DNA of 64,000 nucleotides, from NCBI GenBank assembly GCA_038326615.1, contig JBBQKF010000005.1:2911-66910 (forward strand), given 5' to 3'. The position numbers and the translations under genes are program-made. Shown piece after piece: positions 28,424-37,693 of the stretch. The notes beneath the pieces are model-generated. The model searched no databases, was not told the DNA's origin, and worked only from the letters and a program-made list of their open reading frames with translations. The DNA comes from Saccharofermentanales bacterium (GTDB lineage Bacteria > Bacillota > Clostridia > Saccharofermentanales > UBA5734). Positions within the stretch are counted from its first letter, which is position 1. Every line of letters starts with the position of its first letter.

Positions 28424-31369
28424 TTATCCTGCAAGCAAAAGATCCTTGATTTTTCTTACAACTGCATTGGCAATTTGTAATACGGCAGTTTTGTTGCTGC
28501 TTAATTCAGCATAAAAGGAAGCTTTTTCGTCATCGCCGGATTGTGTTCCGTCAAGAAGCCCATCAGTTATTTTTGATGCAACTTTGTCAGAAACAACCGA
28601 TTCATAGGCACTTTGAGAACTGTCACGAACATTCATTAGAAGCGACTCATCAGCACTTAAAGTGTCAATTATATTTGTTAATTCTCCTTTGGCACTGGAA
28701 TATCGGATATTAAATTTCTCTATAATATCATCAATTGGTGAGAATGTTTTAAATGGCAAACTAGTATCAGTAGACAATTTATACAGCGGTGTATCTTCAG
28801 CAACTAACATCAAATTTTGATTTGAACTATCTGGATTAGTGGAATATTTAATTAATTCTACTAAATCCTCGGGTTTAATCATCTGTATGTCTTCTTTAAG
28901 ATAAAGTACTTTATATAATGTTTCAAAAACTTTTGCTAGTTTATTCATGTCTTTGTTCCACAAGTCATACAATGTCGAAATGTAGTAGAAAAGCTTACTA
29001 AATTTATTAATTTCTGCAATAAACATTTTGGCATCATCTGAATTCAATTTAGAATACGACTTACTTACCTTTGCAATGCACGAAGTTAAATCCGGTGAGA
29101 CAGAATCTCCGGAAGTGATTAAATTATATATATTCTCAACTTCCTGCAAAGTAAAAATATTGTATGCAAAAATTTTGTCTCTTTTGGTGTACAGAATATT
29201 TGGGTTGGTTTCATTTTCTGAAGGCAAATACAATTCTCCACCGTAATATTGATTAAAGTAGCTTTTGATATCATCTGCTTTATTAACAAAATCTAACACG
29301 AAAGTTTTTTTGTTCTCCGCAAAACGATTGATTCGCGATAGCGTCTGAACTGCCTTAACAGCACTTCCTAACTTTTTGTCGACATACATTATACTTAATT
29401 TGTTTTCATCAAATCCGGTTTGAAGCTTGTCTGCCACTACTATTATTCTAAGGTCATCGTTGTTTGCAATAATTTTCTTGATATCATATGAAGCAGTGTT
29501 CGTCGTAAATTCTTTATTCATAATTTCTTCGGTAAATTTAACTCCGTCGATATCAATGGCGCCTGTAAAGGCGACACAAGATTTAAAATTACATTCATGT
29601 TTTTTTAGATATTCATCAATTGCCTGTTTGTAGCAAACCGCATGTTTTCTTGAGGGTGTAATAACCATGGCTTTTGCTTTGCCGCCTAACCAATTAATCC
29701 GGTATTCAGTAAAATCATCCATTATTATTTGCACTTTTTTATCAATTACTTCCTTGGAAGTGGTGACATAATTTAATATAGCTGCTTGCGCTCTTGCGCT
29801 ATCATATTCCGCGTAATCTTCTTTCTTTTTCTTTATCTCGTATTCGTCGGTATAATTGGTATAGCAGAGTAAGGGGTTTAGTATGAATTTTTCGTCTATT
29901 GCCTGCTTCATTGAATATTTATCGAAATATGTTTTTCCTATTTCATTCCTGGTGCCGAAAAGCTCCATTGTCTCACTTTTTGGAGTAGCGGTGAAAACAA
30001 AATAGCTAACATTTTTCGTTGATTCTATAAGGCTTTTATTTTTTAGAAGTTGATTTTGATCATCTTCTAACTCGTCATATATATCTTCGATTTCCACAGC
30101 ATCCTTCAAGGATTTACCGGTAAGTGTCTCAGATGCTTTAGACATAGACTTTCCTGCTGCGGAAGAATGCGCTTCGTCAATTATAATAGCGTATTTTCTA
30201 TTTTTGTATTGCTTGATTTCATTTAATATAGGGCGGAATTTTTGTAATGTAGTAACAATTATATATCCGCCATCGTTAATTCTTTTCATTAAATCATTAG
30301 AAGTTGTGTCTATATGTTGAGCTACGCCGCTTTGTCCATCAAGTGTTTTTACTTCGCTCCCAAGTTGCCCGTCAATTACAGTTCTGTCACTGATAATAAT
30401 AACTGTATTTATATCAGAATTATTGATTAATCGCCGTGCAAGCCAGGAGATTGTTTTCGTCTTACCGCTTCCTGCACTATGCCATATTAAATAACGCCCG
30501 CCTATTCCTTTATCTTTAACGTCCCTTTCCGCCCTAAGAACAGCGTTCAATTGATGATATCGTGGAAATATCATCATTTTTTCGTCATCAATAAACATAA
30601 ATTCACGAATAATGCGCAGCAACATATCTTTTTGAAGTATCTTCTCCCAAAGGTAATTTGTGGAGTGATTTCCATCCGCAACAGGATTCCCGGCACCTTC
30701 GTCGTCACCGATGTTAAAAGGCAGAAATTTGGTTTCTTTCCTATCAAGACGCGTTGTCACAAATGCAACCAATTCATCAAGTGCAAAGTACACAAGTGTC
30801 CTTTTATTAAAGGAAAAAATTAATTCATCAGGGCTACGTGTGTGTTTAAACTGTTTTGTTCCTTCAAAACCTGCTTTTTGCCCGGCCGTCTGTTTTTTGA
30901 GTTCTATCATGACTATTGGAATACCATTAATAAATAATGCAAGATCAACCCGGAAGCTAACAGCCTTATCCTCATAGGTTAATTCACGGCGAACCGAAAA
31001 AATGTTTTCCTCGTACAAAGTAAGATTATCTGACATAGTGCTAAGACCTGACTTAAAGTATATGATGCTGAATTTTGTATTGCTTGCATAATCTTCTACC
31101 CACTCATTCATAGCGGTTAAAAGGCCGCGGCTATCAATTTTCTTGCACAGCAAATCTATATATATTTCTTTGTATAAAGATTTATAGTGATTTTTAAATT
31201 TCTGAAGCTCTTCAGTCTGCGATGCTTCCAAAAAATCAAACAACTTTGCAACATCAATAGCATTTTTATAGTCATAATCTGCTTTTTTGCTCTCCACATA
31301 CCCATGACTTAAAAGATACTCGAATATCTCATCTCGGAAATGATTTTCTATTAAATCCTTTTCTGCCAT
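28424..31369 (-). CDS. hsdR: type I restriction enzyme, R subunit
   Basis: 981 aa. It has an N-terminal PD-(D/E)xK-like block (DLALFINGIPIVMIELKK), helicase motif I (HSAGSGKT) and a DEAH box (IIDEAHSS). Confidence 0.9.
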   Translation of the reverse strand: MAEKDLIENHFRDEIFEYLLSHGYVESKKADYDYKNAIDVAKLFDFLEASQTEELQKFKNHYKSLYKEIYIDLLCKKIDSRGLLTAMNEWVEDYASNTKFSIIYFKSGLSTMSDNLTLYEENIFSVRRELTYEDKAVSFRVDLALFINGIPIVMIELKKQTAGQKAGFEGTKQFKHTRSPDELIFSFNKRTLVYFALDELVAFVTTRLDRKETKFLPFNIGDDEGAGNPVADGNHSTNYLWEKILQKDMLLRIIREFMFIDDEKMMIFPRYHQLNAVLRAERDVKDKGIGGRYLIWHSAGSGKTKTISWLARRLINNSDINTVIIISDRTVIDGQLGSEVKTLDGQSGVAQHIDTTSNDLMKRINDGGYIIVTTLQKFRPILNEIKQYKNRKYAIIIDEAHSSAAGKSMSKASETLTGKSLKDAVEIEDIYDELEDDQNQLLKNKSLIESTKNVSYFVFTATPKSETMELFGTRNEIGKTYFDKYSMKQAIDEKFILNPLLCYTNYTDEYEIKKKKEDYAEYDSARAQAAILNYVTTSKEVIDKKVQIIMDDFTEYRINWLGGKAKAMVITPSRKHAVCYKQAIDEYLKKHECNFKSCVAFTGAIDIDGVKFTEEIMNKEFTTNTASYDIKKIIANNDDLRIIVVADKLQTGFDENKLSIMYVDKKLGSAVKAVQTLSRINRFAENKKTFVLDFVNKADDIKSYFNQYYGGELYLPSENETNPNILYTKRDKIFAYNIFTLQEVENIYNLITSGDSVSPDLTSCIAKVSKSYSKLNSDDAKMFIAEINKFSKLFYYISTLYDLWNKDMNKLAKVFETLYKVLYLKEDIQMIKPEDLVELIKYSTNPDSSNQNLMLVAEDTPLYKLSTDTSLPFKTFSPIDDIIEKFNIRYSSAKGELTNIIDTLSADESLLMNVRDSSQSAYESVVSDKVASKITDGLLDGTQSGDDEKASFYAELSSNKTAVLQIANAVVRKIKDLLLAG

Positions 31370-31404
31370 TTGTTTCTCCCTCAGATATATTATGAAGTTG
31401 TTTT

Positions 31405-31459
31405 GGACCTCATCTTGGACCTCATCTTGGACCTCATCTTGGGCCTCATCTTGGGTCTC
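31405..31459. repeat. tandem 12-bp repeat GGACCTCATCTT, 4 copies plus a partial one
   Basis: There are three perfect copies from 31405, then GGGCCTCATCTT and GGGTCTC. The array lies 36-90 nt upstream of the hsdR start codon, in the hsdS-hsdR spacer. Confidence 0.9.
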
Positions 31460-31634
31460 GGAATTTGATAACCTTATCGATGTAATTTTTGGTATATCAG
31501 ATCATCGGTTCTGTTGGAATAATTTCAAATACATTTTACCACTTTTATTTTGAAAATGCACTACATATAAAGTTGTAACAGCGTTATGTAATATAACTTT
31601 AGACTTGACTTGAATTTGGTGAACTGCACCTCCA

Positions 31635-32837
31635 TCACTTCAACTCTGTTTTTCCGGTAACCGCCTCATAAATGGTACTTTGCCTGTATTCCTTTAATCT
31701 CTCAATTATTGAATTGTTCGCAGTGATAACCTTATCAATTTCAGAACACTTTTGTTCAATATAGTTTACTATATGGAGCTGTTCCTCAAATTCAGGGATT
31801 GAAAAATAGATTTCATTTAAATCTCTTTGGGTCATAGATGGCAAAGCCGATCCATATTGATACATTTTAAATTCAATATTTGTGCACAAAAAATAGAAAA
31901 ATTTCGGGTTAACCAAATCATTTATTTTTGTATAGTACATTGTGTCAACTGTCCAAAATGGGAAGTCAACATAGAGTGGCTTATCAATTGTTCCCTTTCT
32001 CCATAATAAAACAGATGGTTTGTCATACATATTTTCTGTAGCACGGGCAAATTCGCCCCCACTTCCCATTACTGGAAATCCACCTTCTTCAATTTGTACC
32101 TTTTTATAATCTTGTCCATTGCAAATTTCAGCAAGAAACTTCAGCTTCTTAACCTCCCACCCCTGTGGTATCTCGCCAATCCATTCTATGCCGCTGTCCT
32201 TCATTGGTACGTTTGGGTTAAGCCCCTTGGTTACTGCTTCGTAGATTATGCTTTGACGCTCTTCTTTTAGAAGCTCATTTGTCTTTTCTTTTGATTTGAT
32301 AACGCTGTCAATCTCTGCACATTTTTTGTCGAGGTGTTCAGCGATTTGCTGTTGTTCGATTGTTTTTGGTACTGGCAATGAAATTTTACTTACAAATTCC
32401 CATTCTGCTCTAGGCATTTTTACTCCGAATGTTGAGCCATTTACTGTATCAATAAATCCTTTTGAAATCGCAATATAAAATAAATATTTGAAATAAATAT
32501 CTTTAGGATTAATAACAAAAAACTCTGAAGAACATTTGCCACTGGTGCTACAAGCCATAACTTTTGATAAATATGGTCGAAGCTTCCCAAATAACACATC
32601 CTTTTCGAAGAATTTTAAAGTATCACCCGGAAAATTATAAATAGGCTCATAACCACTTATTGTTTTACCCGTTTGGGGTTCAATATGTTCGAGTCCAACA
32701 TACATAAATTCGTTTTGCCCTATCAGCTTTTCAATGCGTAATGAGGTTAGATTTTTTAACTTCCTTACTTCCCACCCCTGTGGTATCTCTCCAATCCATT
32801 CTATGCCGCTGTCTTTCATTTGTCTCAATTTTATCAC
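31635..32837 (-). CDS. hsdS: type I restriction-modification specificity subunit (two target-recognition domains)
   Basis: 400 aa with duplicated conserved blocks: MKDSGIEWIGEIPQGWEV(R/K)KLK at the N-terminus and mid-protein, and L(L/R)KE.RQS.IYEAVTGK central and C-terminal. An alternative ATG start is at 32819. Confidence 0.85.
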   Translation of the reverse strand: MIKLRQMKDSGIEWIGEIPQGWEVRKLKNLTSLRIEKLIGQNEFMYVGLEHIEPQTGKTISGYEPIYNFPGDTLKFFEKDVLFGKLRPYLSKVMACSTSGKCSSEFFVINPKDIYFKYLFYIAISKGFIDTVNGSTFGVKMPRAEWEFVSKISLPVPKTIEQQQIAEHLDKKCAEIDSVIKSKEKTNELLKEERQSIIYEAVTKGLNPNVPMKDSGIEWIGEIPQGWEVKKLKFLAEICNGQDYKKVQIEEGGFPVMGSGGEFARATENMYDKPSVLLWRKGTIDKPLYVDFPFWTVDTMYYTKINDLVNPKFFYFLCTNIEFKMYQYGSALPSMTQRDLNEIYFSIPEFEEQLHIVNYIEQKCSEIDKVITANNSIIERLKEYRQSTIYEAVTGKTELK

Positions 32838-32860
32838 CTGCTTTTCTTTTCGTTATATAC

Positions 32861-32888
32861 ATCAATTTCGTGAGCTCACGAAATTGAT
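32861..32888. promoter_or_regulatory. perfect 28-bp palindrome in the hsdM-hsdS spacer
   Basis: ATCAATTTCGTGAGCTCACGAAATTGAT. No T-tract follows on the transcribed strand, so it is not an obvious terminator. Confidence 0.6.
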
Positions 32889-32912
32889 CTGATGTGCAAA
32901 ACTTTCTTCAAA

Positions 32913-34646
32913 TTATTTCATAAGTTCCTTCAAAACGCCTTCTACGCTTTCTTCATTTGAGATTATTTCTTCCATAATCTCTTTGCTGCTTCTCGGAGGA
33001 ACATATTTATAAAAATAGCGGGTGAACGGAATTTCGTATCCTATCTTGTCCTTGCTTTGGTCCGCAACAGCATTGGGGACATATGGTAAAACTTCGCGTT
33101 TGATATAGTCATTGGCATCTTGCTTAAGCGGAATATTCTCGGTATCCCTTTTAGATGGGTCAATCTGTATAACACCTTTCTTTATAACTTTCTCACCTTT
33201 CGAGTCATATAAAGGTCGGTCAATCGTTACTTTCATATATCCGAAATCCTCGGAGTCAAAAATTTTACTGAATTCGTTTTCTTCGAAGTTTTTGTATAAA
33301 TCCACGATTTTTCTTCGACTGTCATCGTCAATAAATTTGCGTTTGTTACCAAGCGATTTGGGCTTTTGAGGAACAAAAAACTCAGTTGCATTAATAAGAT
33401 GAATTTTATTGTTACGACGAGGATTGGGTTTCTTGGAAATAATCCAAATATAGGTGTATATTCCTGTGTTATAGAACATTTGATCAGGTAGAGCTATTAT
33501 AGCTTCTAAAAGATGATTTTCGAGTACATACCGCCGCGTTTCACTTTCACCGCTCCCTGCATCTCCTGAAAATAGCGGTGATCCGTTTAGAATGATTGCA
33601 ATTCTTGCATCGTCTTCTGCTTTAGAAAGCAAATTTTGCAAAAATAGAAGCTGCCCGTCACTGATTCTTGGAACCCCTGCTACAAAGCGATTGTTGGGTC
33701 TCTTGAGCTCCATTTCGACCTTGGATTTCTCTGTTTTCCATTCAACACCAAACGGAGGATTTGTTATTAATAAGTCAAATTTGTCACCAGAAAATTTGTC
33801 ATCGGTTAATGTATTGCCCTCCCGAATATTTTTGGAGTCATCACCTAGCATCAACATCTCTGCACAACAAATGGCATAGGCTTCCGGATTGACATCCTGC
33901 CCGTATAGTTTTACCTTTTCGTCTCCGTATTTATCACCAAACAGTTCCTTCAGGTTTCGCTTTAATGTTGTAAGCATACCACCGGTTCCACAGCAGCCAT
34001 CGTAAATACGAAGTATTTTGCCTTCTTTCTTAAAATCGTCGATATTTTCGCTCATCATAAGCTCAACACAAAGATCTATTACTTCGCGTGGAGTATAGTG
34101 ATCACCTGCCTCTGCATTGGCTTTATATGTTCTGATAATTTCTTCAAAAATATACCCCATTGACATAGGACTTGTTGTTGCCGGATGAAAATCAACTTCC
34201 GAAAAAGCCTTTACAACTTCAAACAGTATTCCTTTCTTGATCATAAATTCAACTTCTTCACGGAATTTCAAATCTTTTAATATATCCTGTACGCTTGGCG
34301 AATACGCTCCGATAAATTCAAGAAAATTACCGTTTATATTATCACTGTCGCCGACAAGCTGTTCGAGTGTCACTCCTTTCTTATTATAGAACGGCACGCC
34401 GAATTGCTTGTTAATAGCTTTCTCAATCTCGCGCTCATCAACTTTCATCGCCAGAAACTTGTTAACAAGAACGAATATTTCTTTATTTTTGTCGTCTAAA
34501 ATACAATCAAATCTGCGTATTATTGCCATTGGAATAATTACATTTCCATAATTCTCCGGGGTGTAAGGACCCCTTGTTTTATTGGCTATGTTCTTAACTA
34601 AATTGACCTTTGAGCTGATGTCTGTTGCAAGTGTATTATTGTTCAT
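32913..34646 (-). CDS. hsdM: type I restriction-modification N6-adenine DNA methyltransferase subunit
   Basis: Motif I DGCCGTGGML and motif IV LLITNPPFGVEW. The ATG at 34646 lies 9 nt after AAGGAG. The track start at 34664 is TTG. Confidence 0.9.
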   Translation of the reverse strand: MNNNTLATDISSKVNLVKNIANKTRGPYTPENYGNVIIPMAIIRRFDCILDDKNKEIFVLVNKFLAMKVDEREIEKAINKQFGVPFYNKKGVTLEQLVGDSDNINGNFLEFIGAYSPSVQDILKDLKFREEVEFMIKKGILFEVVKAFSEVDFHPATTSPMSMGYIFEEIIRTYKANAEAGDHYTPREVIDLCVELMMSENIDDFKKEGKILRIYDGCCGTGGMLTTLKRNLKELFGDKYGDEKVKLYGQDVNPEAYAICCAEMLMLGDDSKNIREGNTLTDDKFSGDKFDLLITNPPFGVEWKTEKSKVEMELKRPNNRFVAGVPRISDGQLLFLQNLLSKAEDDARIAIILNGSPLFSGDAGSGESETRRYVLENHLLEAIIALPDQMFYNTGIYTYIWIISKKPNPRRNNKIHLINATEFFVPQKPKSLGNKRKFIDDDSRRKIVDLYKNFEENEFSKIFDSEDFGYMKVTIDRPLYDSKGEKVIKKGVIQIDPSKRDTENIPLKQDANDYIKREVLPYVPNAVADQSKDKIGYEIPFTRYFYKYVPPRSSKEIMEEIISNEESVEGVLKELMK

Positions 34647-35766
34647 AATTTTGATCTCCTTCAAATAATTCTAATATCTTTACATTCTTGTAGAGGTTGT
34701 CTCTGCCGATTTTCTCTTCATATAAAAGCCCTTTATCTACGAGCCGTTTTAAATAAACCGAAGCAGTCTGCCGGTGTATTCCCATTTCTGTCAAATCGCT
34801 TATACGGACATAAACTTTCTTAAAAATCAACTCTATCATTTTCGCAAGCACTTCCCTTTGACCCTTAAGGCCTTCAAGGTAGTCATTACGGGTATATTCA
34901 AAAATCATCCGTTTAATCTCTTCGACTATTTTAAGGGTTCGCTTTGCCGTTTCCTTAAACGAAATTAGCATATATTGAATAAATGGCGAGTAATTCTCAG
35001 TTTCTTTGCATTCCTGCAGAAGGTCGTAATATTGATTTTTGCTATTTATAATATATGAACTTGCATATAAAACCGGATATGATAAATAGCCCTTTTGGCA
35101 AAGAAACAAAACATTCAAGATTCTTCCTGTTCTTCCATTTCCGTCCCTGAATGGATGGATGCTTTCAAATTGATAGTGTGCAAGAGCAATCTTTATAAGC
35201 GGGTGAATGGTGTATTCATCGTCACCATAGACGTAATCAAGCATGTCAATCAGTAATTTCTGCAATAAATCCTTACCATGCGGCGGTGTATAAAGTATCT
35301 GAGTTTTCCCGTTCGACATTTGGTTTGCAATTCTTGTAAGGTCACTGTCGAAATTTGGCAGATTGGTTCTTATTTGCCGCTGCTTCTTATTTACAGGCTC
35401 GTTTATTGCTTCAATATCACTTAAAGAAATTAAACCCTTTCTTTTAATTTCGTCAAACCCTATGAATAAAGCTTCTTTGTAATTTGCTACTTCCTTAGCT
35501 TCGGCTGTATAATTATCGAATACAACCCCTCTATATAAATCATCGTTTGTTGTAACGATGTTCTCAATATTGCTGCTTGCCTTTGCTTCCTGCATAGATA
35601 ACGTGTCAATTAAAATATTCGGAGATGGCAATGTGTTTACTGCATAATTGAGCAATTCTATCGCTACTCGTGTCTCTTCGGCAAGTTTCGCAAGTTCTTT
35701 AGTCTCATCTATGTTTAAAGATGAGATATAGGGAAGTTCATTGAATGGTTTTATTTTGTCAAACAT
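34636..35766 (-). CDS. fic: Fic family protein (Fic_N plus Fic core plus C-terminal winged helix)
   Basis: The Fic active-site motif is HPFRDGNGRTGR. The N-terminal inhibitory-helix motif is SSNIEN ([ST]xxxE[GN]). The C-terminus is wHTH-like (HRQTASVYLKRLVDKGLL). The stop overlaps the hsdM start by 11 nt. Confidence 0.9.
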   Translation of the reverse strand: MFDKIKPFNELPYISSLNIDETKELAKLAEETRVAIELLNYAVNTLPSPNILIDTLSMQEAKASSNIENIVTTNDDLYRGVVFDNYTAEAKEVANYKEALFIGFDEIKRKGLISLSDIEAINEPVNKKQRQIRTNLPNFDSDLTRIANQMSNGKTQILYTPPHGKDLLQKLLIDMLDYVYGDDEYTIHPLIKIALAHYQFESIHPFRDGNGRTGRILNVLFLCQKGYLSYPVLYASSYIINSKNQYYDLLQECKETENYSPFIQYMLISFKETAKRTLKIVEEIKRMIFEYTRNDYLEGLKGQREVLAKMIELIFKKVYVRISDLTEMGIHRQTASVYLKRLVDKGLLYEEKIGRDNLYKNVKILELFEGDQNYEQ

Positions 35767-35827
35767 TTTGTCACCTCAAAATAGCGTTTAATTAAAGATT
35801 TATGTCCGTCGTGTTGTCGGTACTTCT

Positions 35828-35856
35828 ATTCTACCACTCGGTAAATGAATATACAA
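35828..35856 (-). promoter_or_regulatory. putative promoter of the fic-hsdM-hsdS operon
   Basis: On the minus strand: TTGTAT (35856-35851), a 17-nt spacer, then TGgTAGAAT (extended -10; TAGAAT = 35833-35828). It lies about 60 nt upstream of the fic ATG. Confidence 0.45.
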
Positions 35857-35896
35857 CAAACAACGTGTCGATTTTATCGTCATATTTCGACACGTT
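35850..35896 (-). terminator. terminator after the SprT-like gene (copy 3 of the repeated hairpin element)
   Basis: AACGTGTCGA (35862-35871) pairs with TCGACACGTT (35887-35896). On the minus strand it is followed by GTTTGTTGT. The flank TAATTGGTTGAAT (35908-35920) is shared with the copy at 37698-37710. Confidence 0.6.
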
Positions 35897-35946
35897 ATGT
35901 TAATTGGTTGAATTTTTTTATACTAACACTATTTTTTATATCTTTT

Positions 35947-36684
35947 TTATGTTTTTATCAGCAAGCTCAGCGGAACATAATATTTCAAATGTTTTTCGTC
36001 ATTATTATTGGTATAATTGCCGTTAGGATTTTTAACCATCACCGTTGCTCTTTTGCCAATTTTGTTTACTACTCCGATCAATGGCTTACCATCAAATTCA
36101 AATTGCACCATATCACCAAGTCTAATTCCATGAATTTCACTTGCAATTTTATGGTTTGTAGGTAGTAAGTGATGACTATGTGTATGCCCAAATAAATTTC
36201 CCGCAGCCACTCTAAAGCGTTCTTGACTGCAATTGGACTTATAATACAAAAGAAACTCCAATGCATGGATTAGTTCGTGCTCAAAAACTATTTGCAACGC
36301 CTCAAGAGCACTACTTGTTCTAATTCCACAAACATCATTAATAGCGGCTAATTGATTATATCGGAAGAAAAAGTCAATCCCAATGCATATTCTTATTTTG
36401 ACTCGCTCTGGATTTAGTTGAGAAATATTTTTGGGACATTTTGTTATACCAGCGCTTACCGTCATTCTCCTTGATAATTCATAAAGCATATATCCTTCAA
36501 AATTCTTTTTAAACCAATTGTCAAAGAATATTTCATCATAACTAAGGTAAAGAATTTGTAGATCAAGAAAACTGATGCAGCTAATTACTCCTGAGTTTAT
36601 ATTTGGTGATTCCTTTAAAAGGCGCTCTGCTACGGCTGCTCTCTTTTCTTTGATTGTCGTTTCATTATATTTAATTTTGATCAT
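35947..36684 (-). CDS. SprT-like zinc metalloprotease-domain protein with a C-terminal small beta-rich (SH3/KOW-like) tail
   Basis: The HExxH motif is in QIVFEHELIHALEF. The upstream block YELSRRMTVSAGIT resembles the SprT-family LS.RMT..AG motif. The C-terminus is GDMVQFEFDGKPLIGVVNKIGKRATVMV. Confidence 0.6.
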   Translation of the reverse strand: MIKIKYNETTIKEKRAAVAERLLKESPNINSGVISCISFLDLQILYLSYDEIFFDNWFKKNFEGYMLYELSRRMTVSAGITKCPKNISQLNPERVKIRICIGIDFFFRYNQLAAINDVCGIRTSSALEALQIVFEHELIHALEFLLYYKSNCSQERFRVAAGNLFGHTHSHHLLPTNHKIASEIHGIRLGDMVQFEFDGKPLIGVVNKIGKRATVMVKNPNGNYTNNNDEKHLKYYVPLSLLIKT

Positions 36685-36873
36685 AAAGCAAAAATTTTCA
36701 TAATTTATATTTTTCTCCTAATATGTCCATTTCTCATGGTATTTATAGATACTAACCTACCTGAATGTTTTTTGAATTAACAAATTGGTTTTGTGGTGAC
36801 AAGAAAGCCCATGCATTAAAACTCAAATCATAATTATTCATACTCCATTTTACTTACAATCAGCTAATTTATC

Positions 36874-37548
36874 TTATTCAAATCCGCCTTCGTATGCACA
36901 TACCCCGACTCTTGGCGAGTTGACCACTGGCAGAAACATGTCTTCGTCACACTCGTGTTTTTCACTACAATCATCACAAAGCCAACCAGCGTCATCATAA
37001 ATGCATTCGCAGCATACGACAGTTGCAGGCTTCTCACAGTGTGTGCATTTAATAAATGGCGCAACATTCCGCGCAAGTAGCTCAACATTCTTTTTTCTTT
37101 TATTTGCATAAAACTCTGAAACAACTTTTAATTTTAAAACCGTTGTTGATCCAAAATCATATTCATGACGAAACAAAGTGCCTACATCGAGTATGTTAAT
37201 TAATTTAATATTCATACTCCTATCTCCAAATTCCTTGTCAGGACTTATAGAAAATGTCTGTTTGTCAATTTCAAATGAACTAAAATGCCCACAGCATTCA
37301 AGCCATATCTTACGCAAAAATGCATCTAATGCTTTGAGCGTCGAATTAGCCTGAACATCAATATAAAGCCAATATTCAGGATTATGTGCTCCACAAACGC
37401 TTATACAATAATACTTTTCAATAGAATTTTCATCTTTAATTAAATACTTTTCAGTTTTAACACTGCACTTTTTTAAATGCTTAGACATCATAGTTTTATT
37501 AAATATTTCACCACAAAATACACATTTCCCATCACTTGTAATCGCCAT
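36874..37548 (-). CDS. Cys-rich zinc-finger protein with a possible PRiA4_ORF3-like core
   Basis: N-terminal CVFCx12Hx3C. Central part: WLYIDVQANSTLKALDAFLRKIWLECCGHFSSFEI...FRHEYDFGSTT, which is reminiscent of the PRiA4b ORF-3 pattern (L..LH..IQ...GW...H...F ... YDFGD). C-terminal cluster: CTHCx8CCECx9CDDCx4HEC. Confidence 0.45.
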   Translation of the reverse strand: MAITSDGKCVFCGEIFNKTMMSKHLKKCSVKTEKYLIKDENSIEKYYCISVCGAHNPEYWLYIDVQANSTLKALDAFLRKIWLECCGHFSSFEIDKQTFSISPDKEFGDRSMNIKLINILDVGTLFRHEYDFGSTTVLKLKVVSEFYANKRKKNVELLARNVAPFIKCTHCEKPATVVCCECIYDDAGWLCDDCSEKHECDEDMFLPVVNSPRVGVCAYEGGFE

Positions 37549-37654
37549 TTTAAATTCCCCACTTTCATATTTCTATTTTTATACATCCAATAAACAAAAG
37601 CACTTCTAATTTTCTTATTTTACCATATTTCTCCAATTTTGTTTACAAAATGTG

Positions 37655-37693
37655 CAGTAAAATAACGCGTCGAATTTTAACTTTCGACGCGCT
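37655..37693 (-). terminator. terminator after the GH99-like gene (copy 2 of the repeated hairpin element)
   Basis: CGCGTCGAA (37666-37674) pairs with TTCGACGCG (37683-37691). On the minus strand it is followed by TTATTTTACT. Confidence 0.65.

Noticed and set aside
31635-32837. Phase-variable hsdS shufflon, suggested by the ~52-bp near-identical internal repeats at 32153-32204 and 32769-32820.
   Set aside because: The repeats are the normal duplicated conserved regions of a two-TRD HsdS, and they are in direct orientation. There is no second or partial hsdS copy, no inverted repeats and no recombinase gene nearby.
36078-37124. Nested alternative-frame ORFs 36078-36266 (minus), 36864-37124 (minus) and 35845-36165 (plus) inside or over the SprT-like and Cys-rich genes.
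   Set aside because: They overlap longer ORFs that carry clear motifs (HExxH, Cys clusters), and there is no independent start signal.
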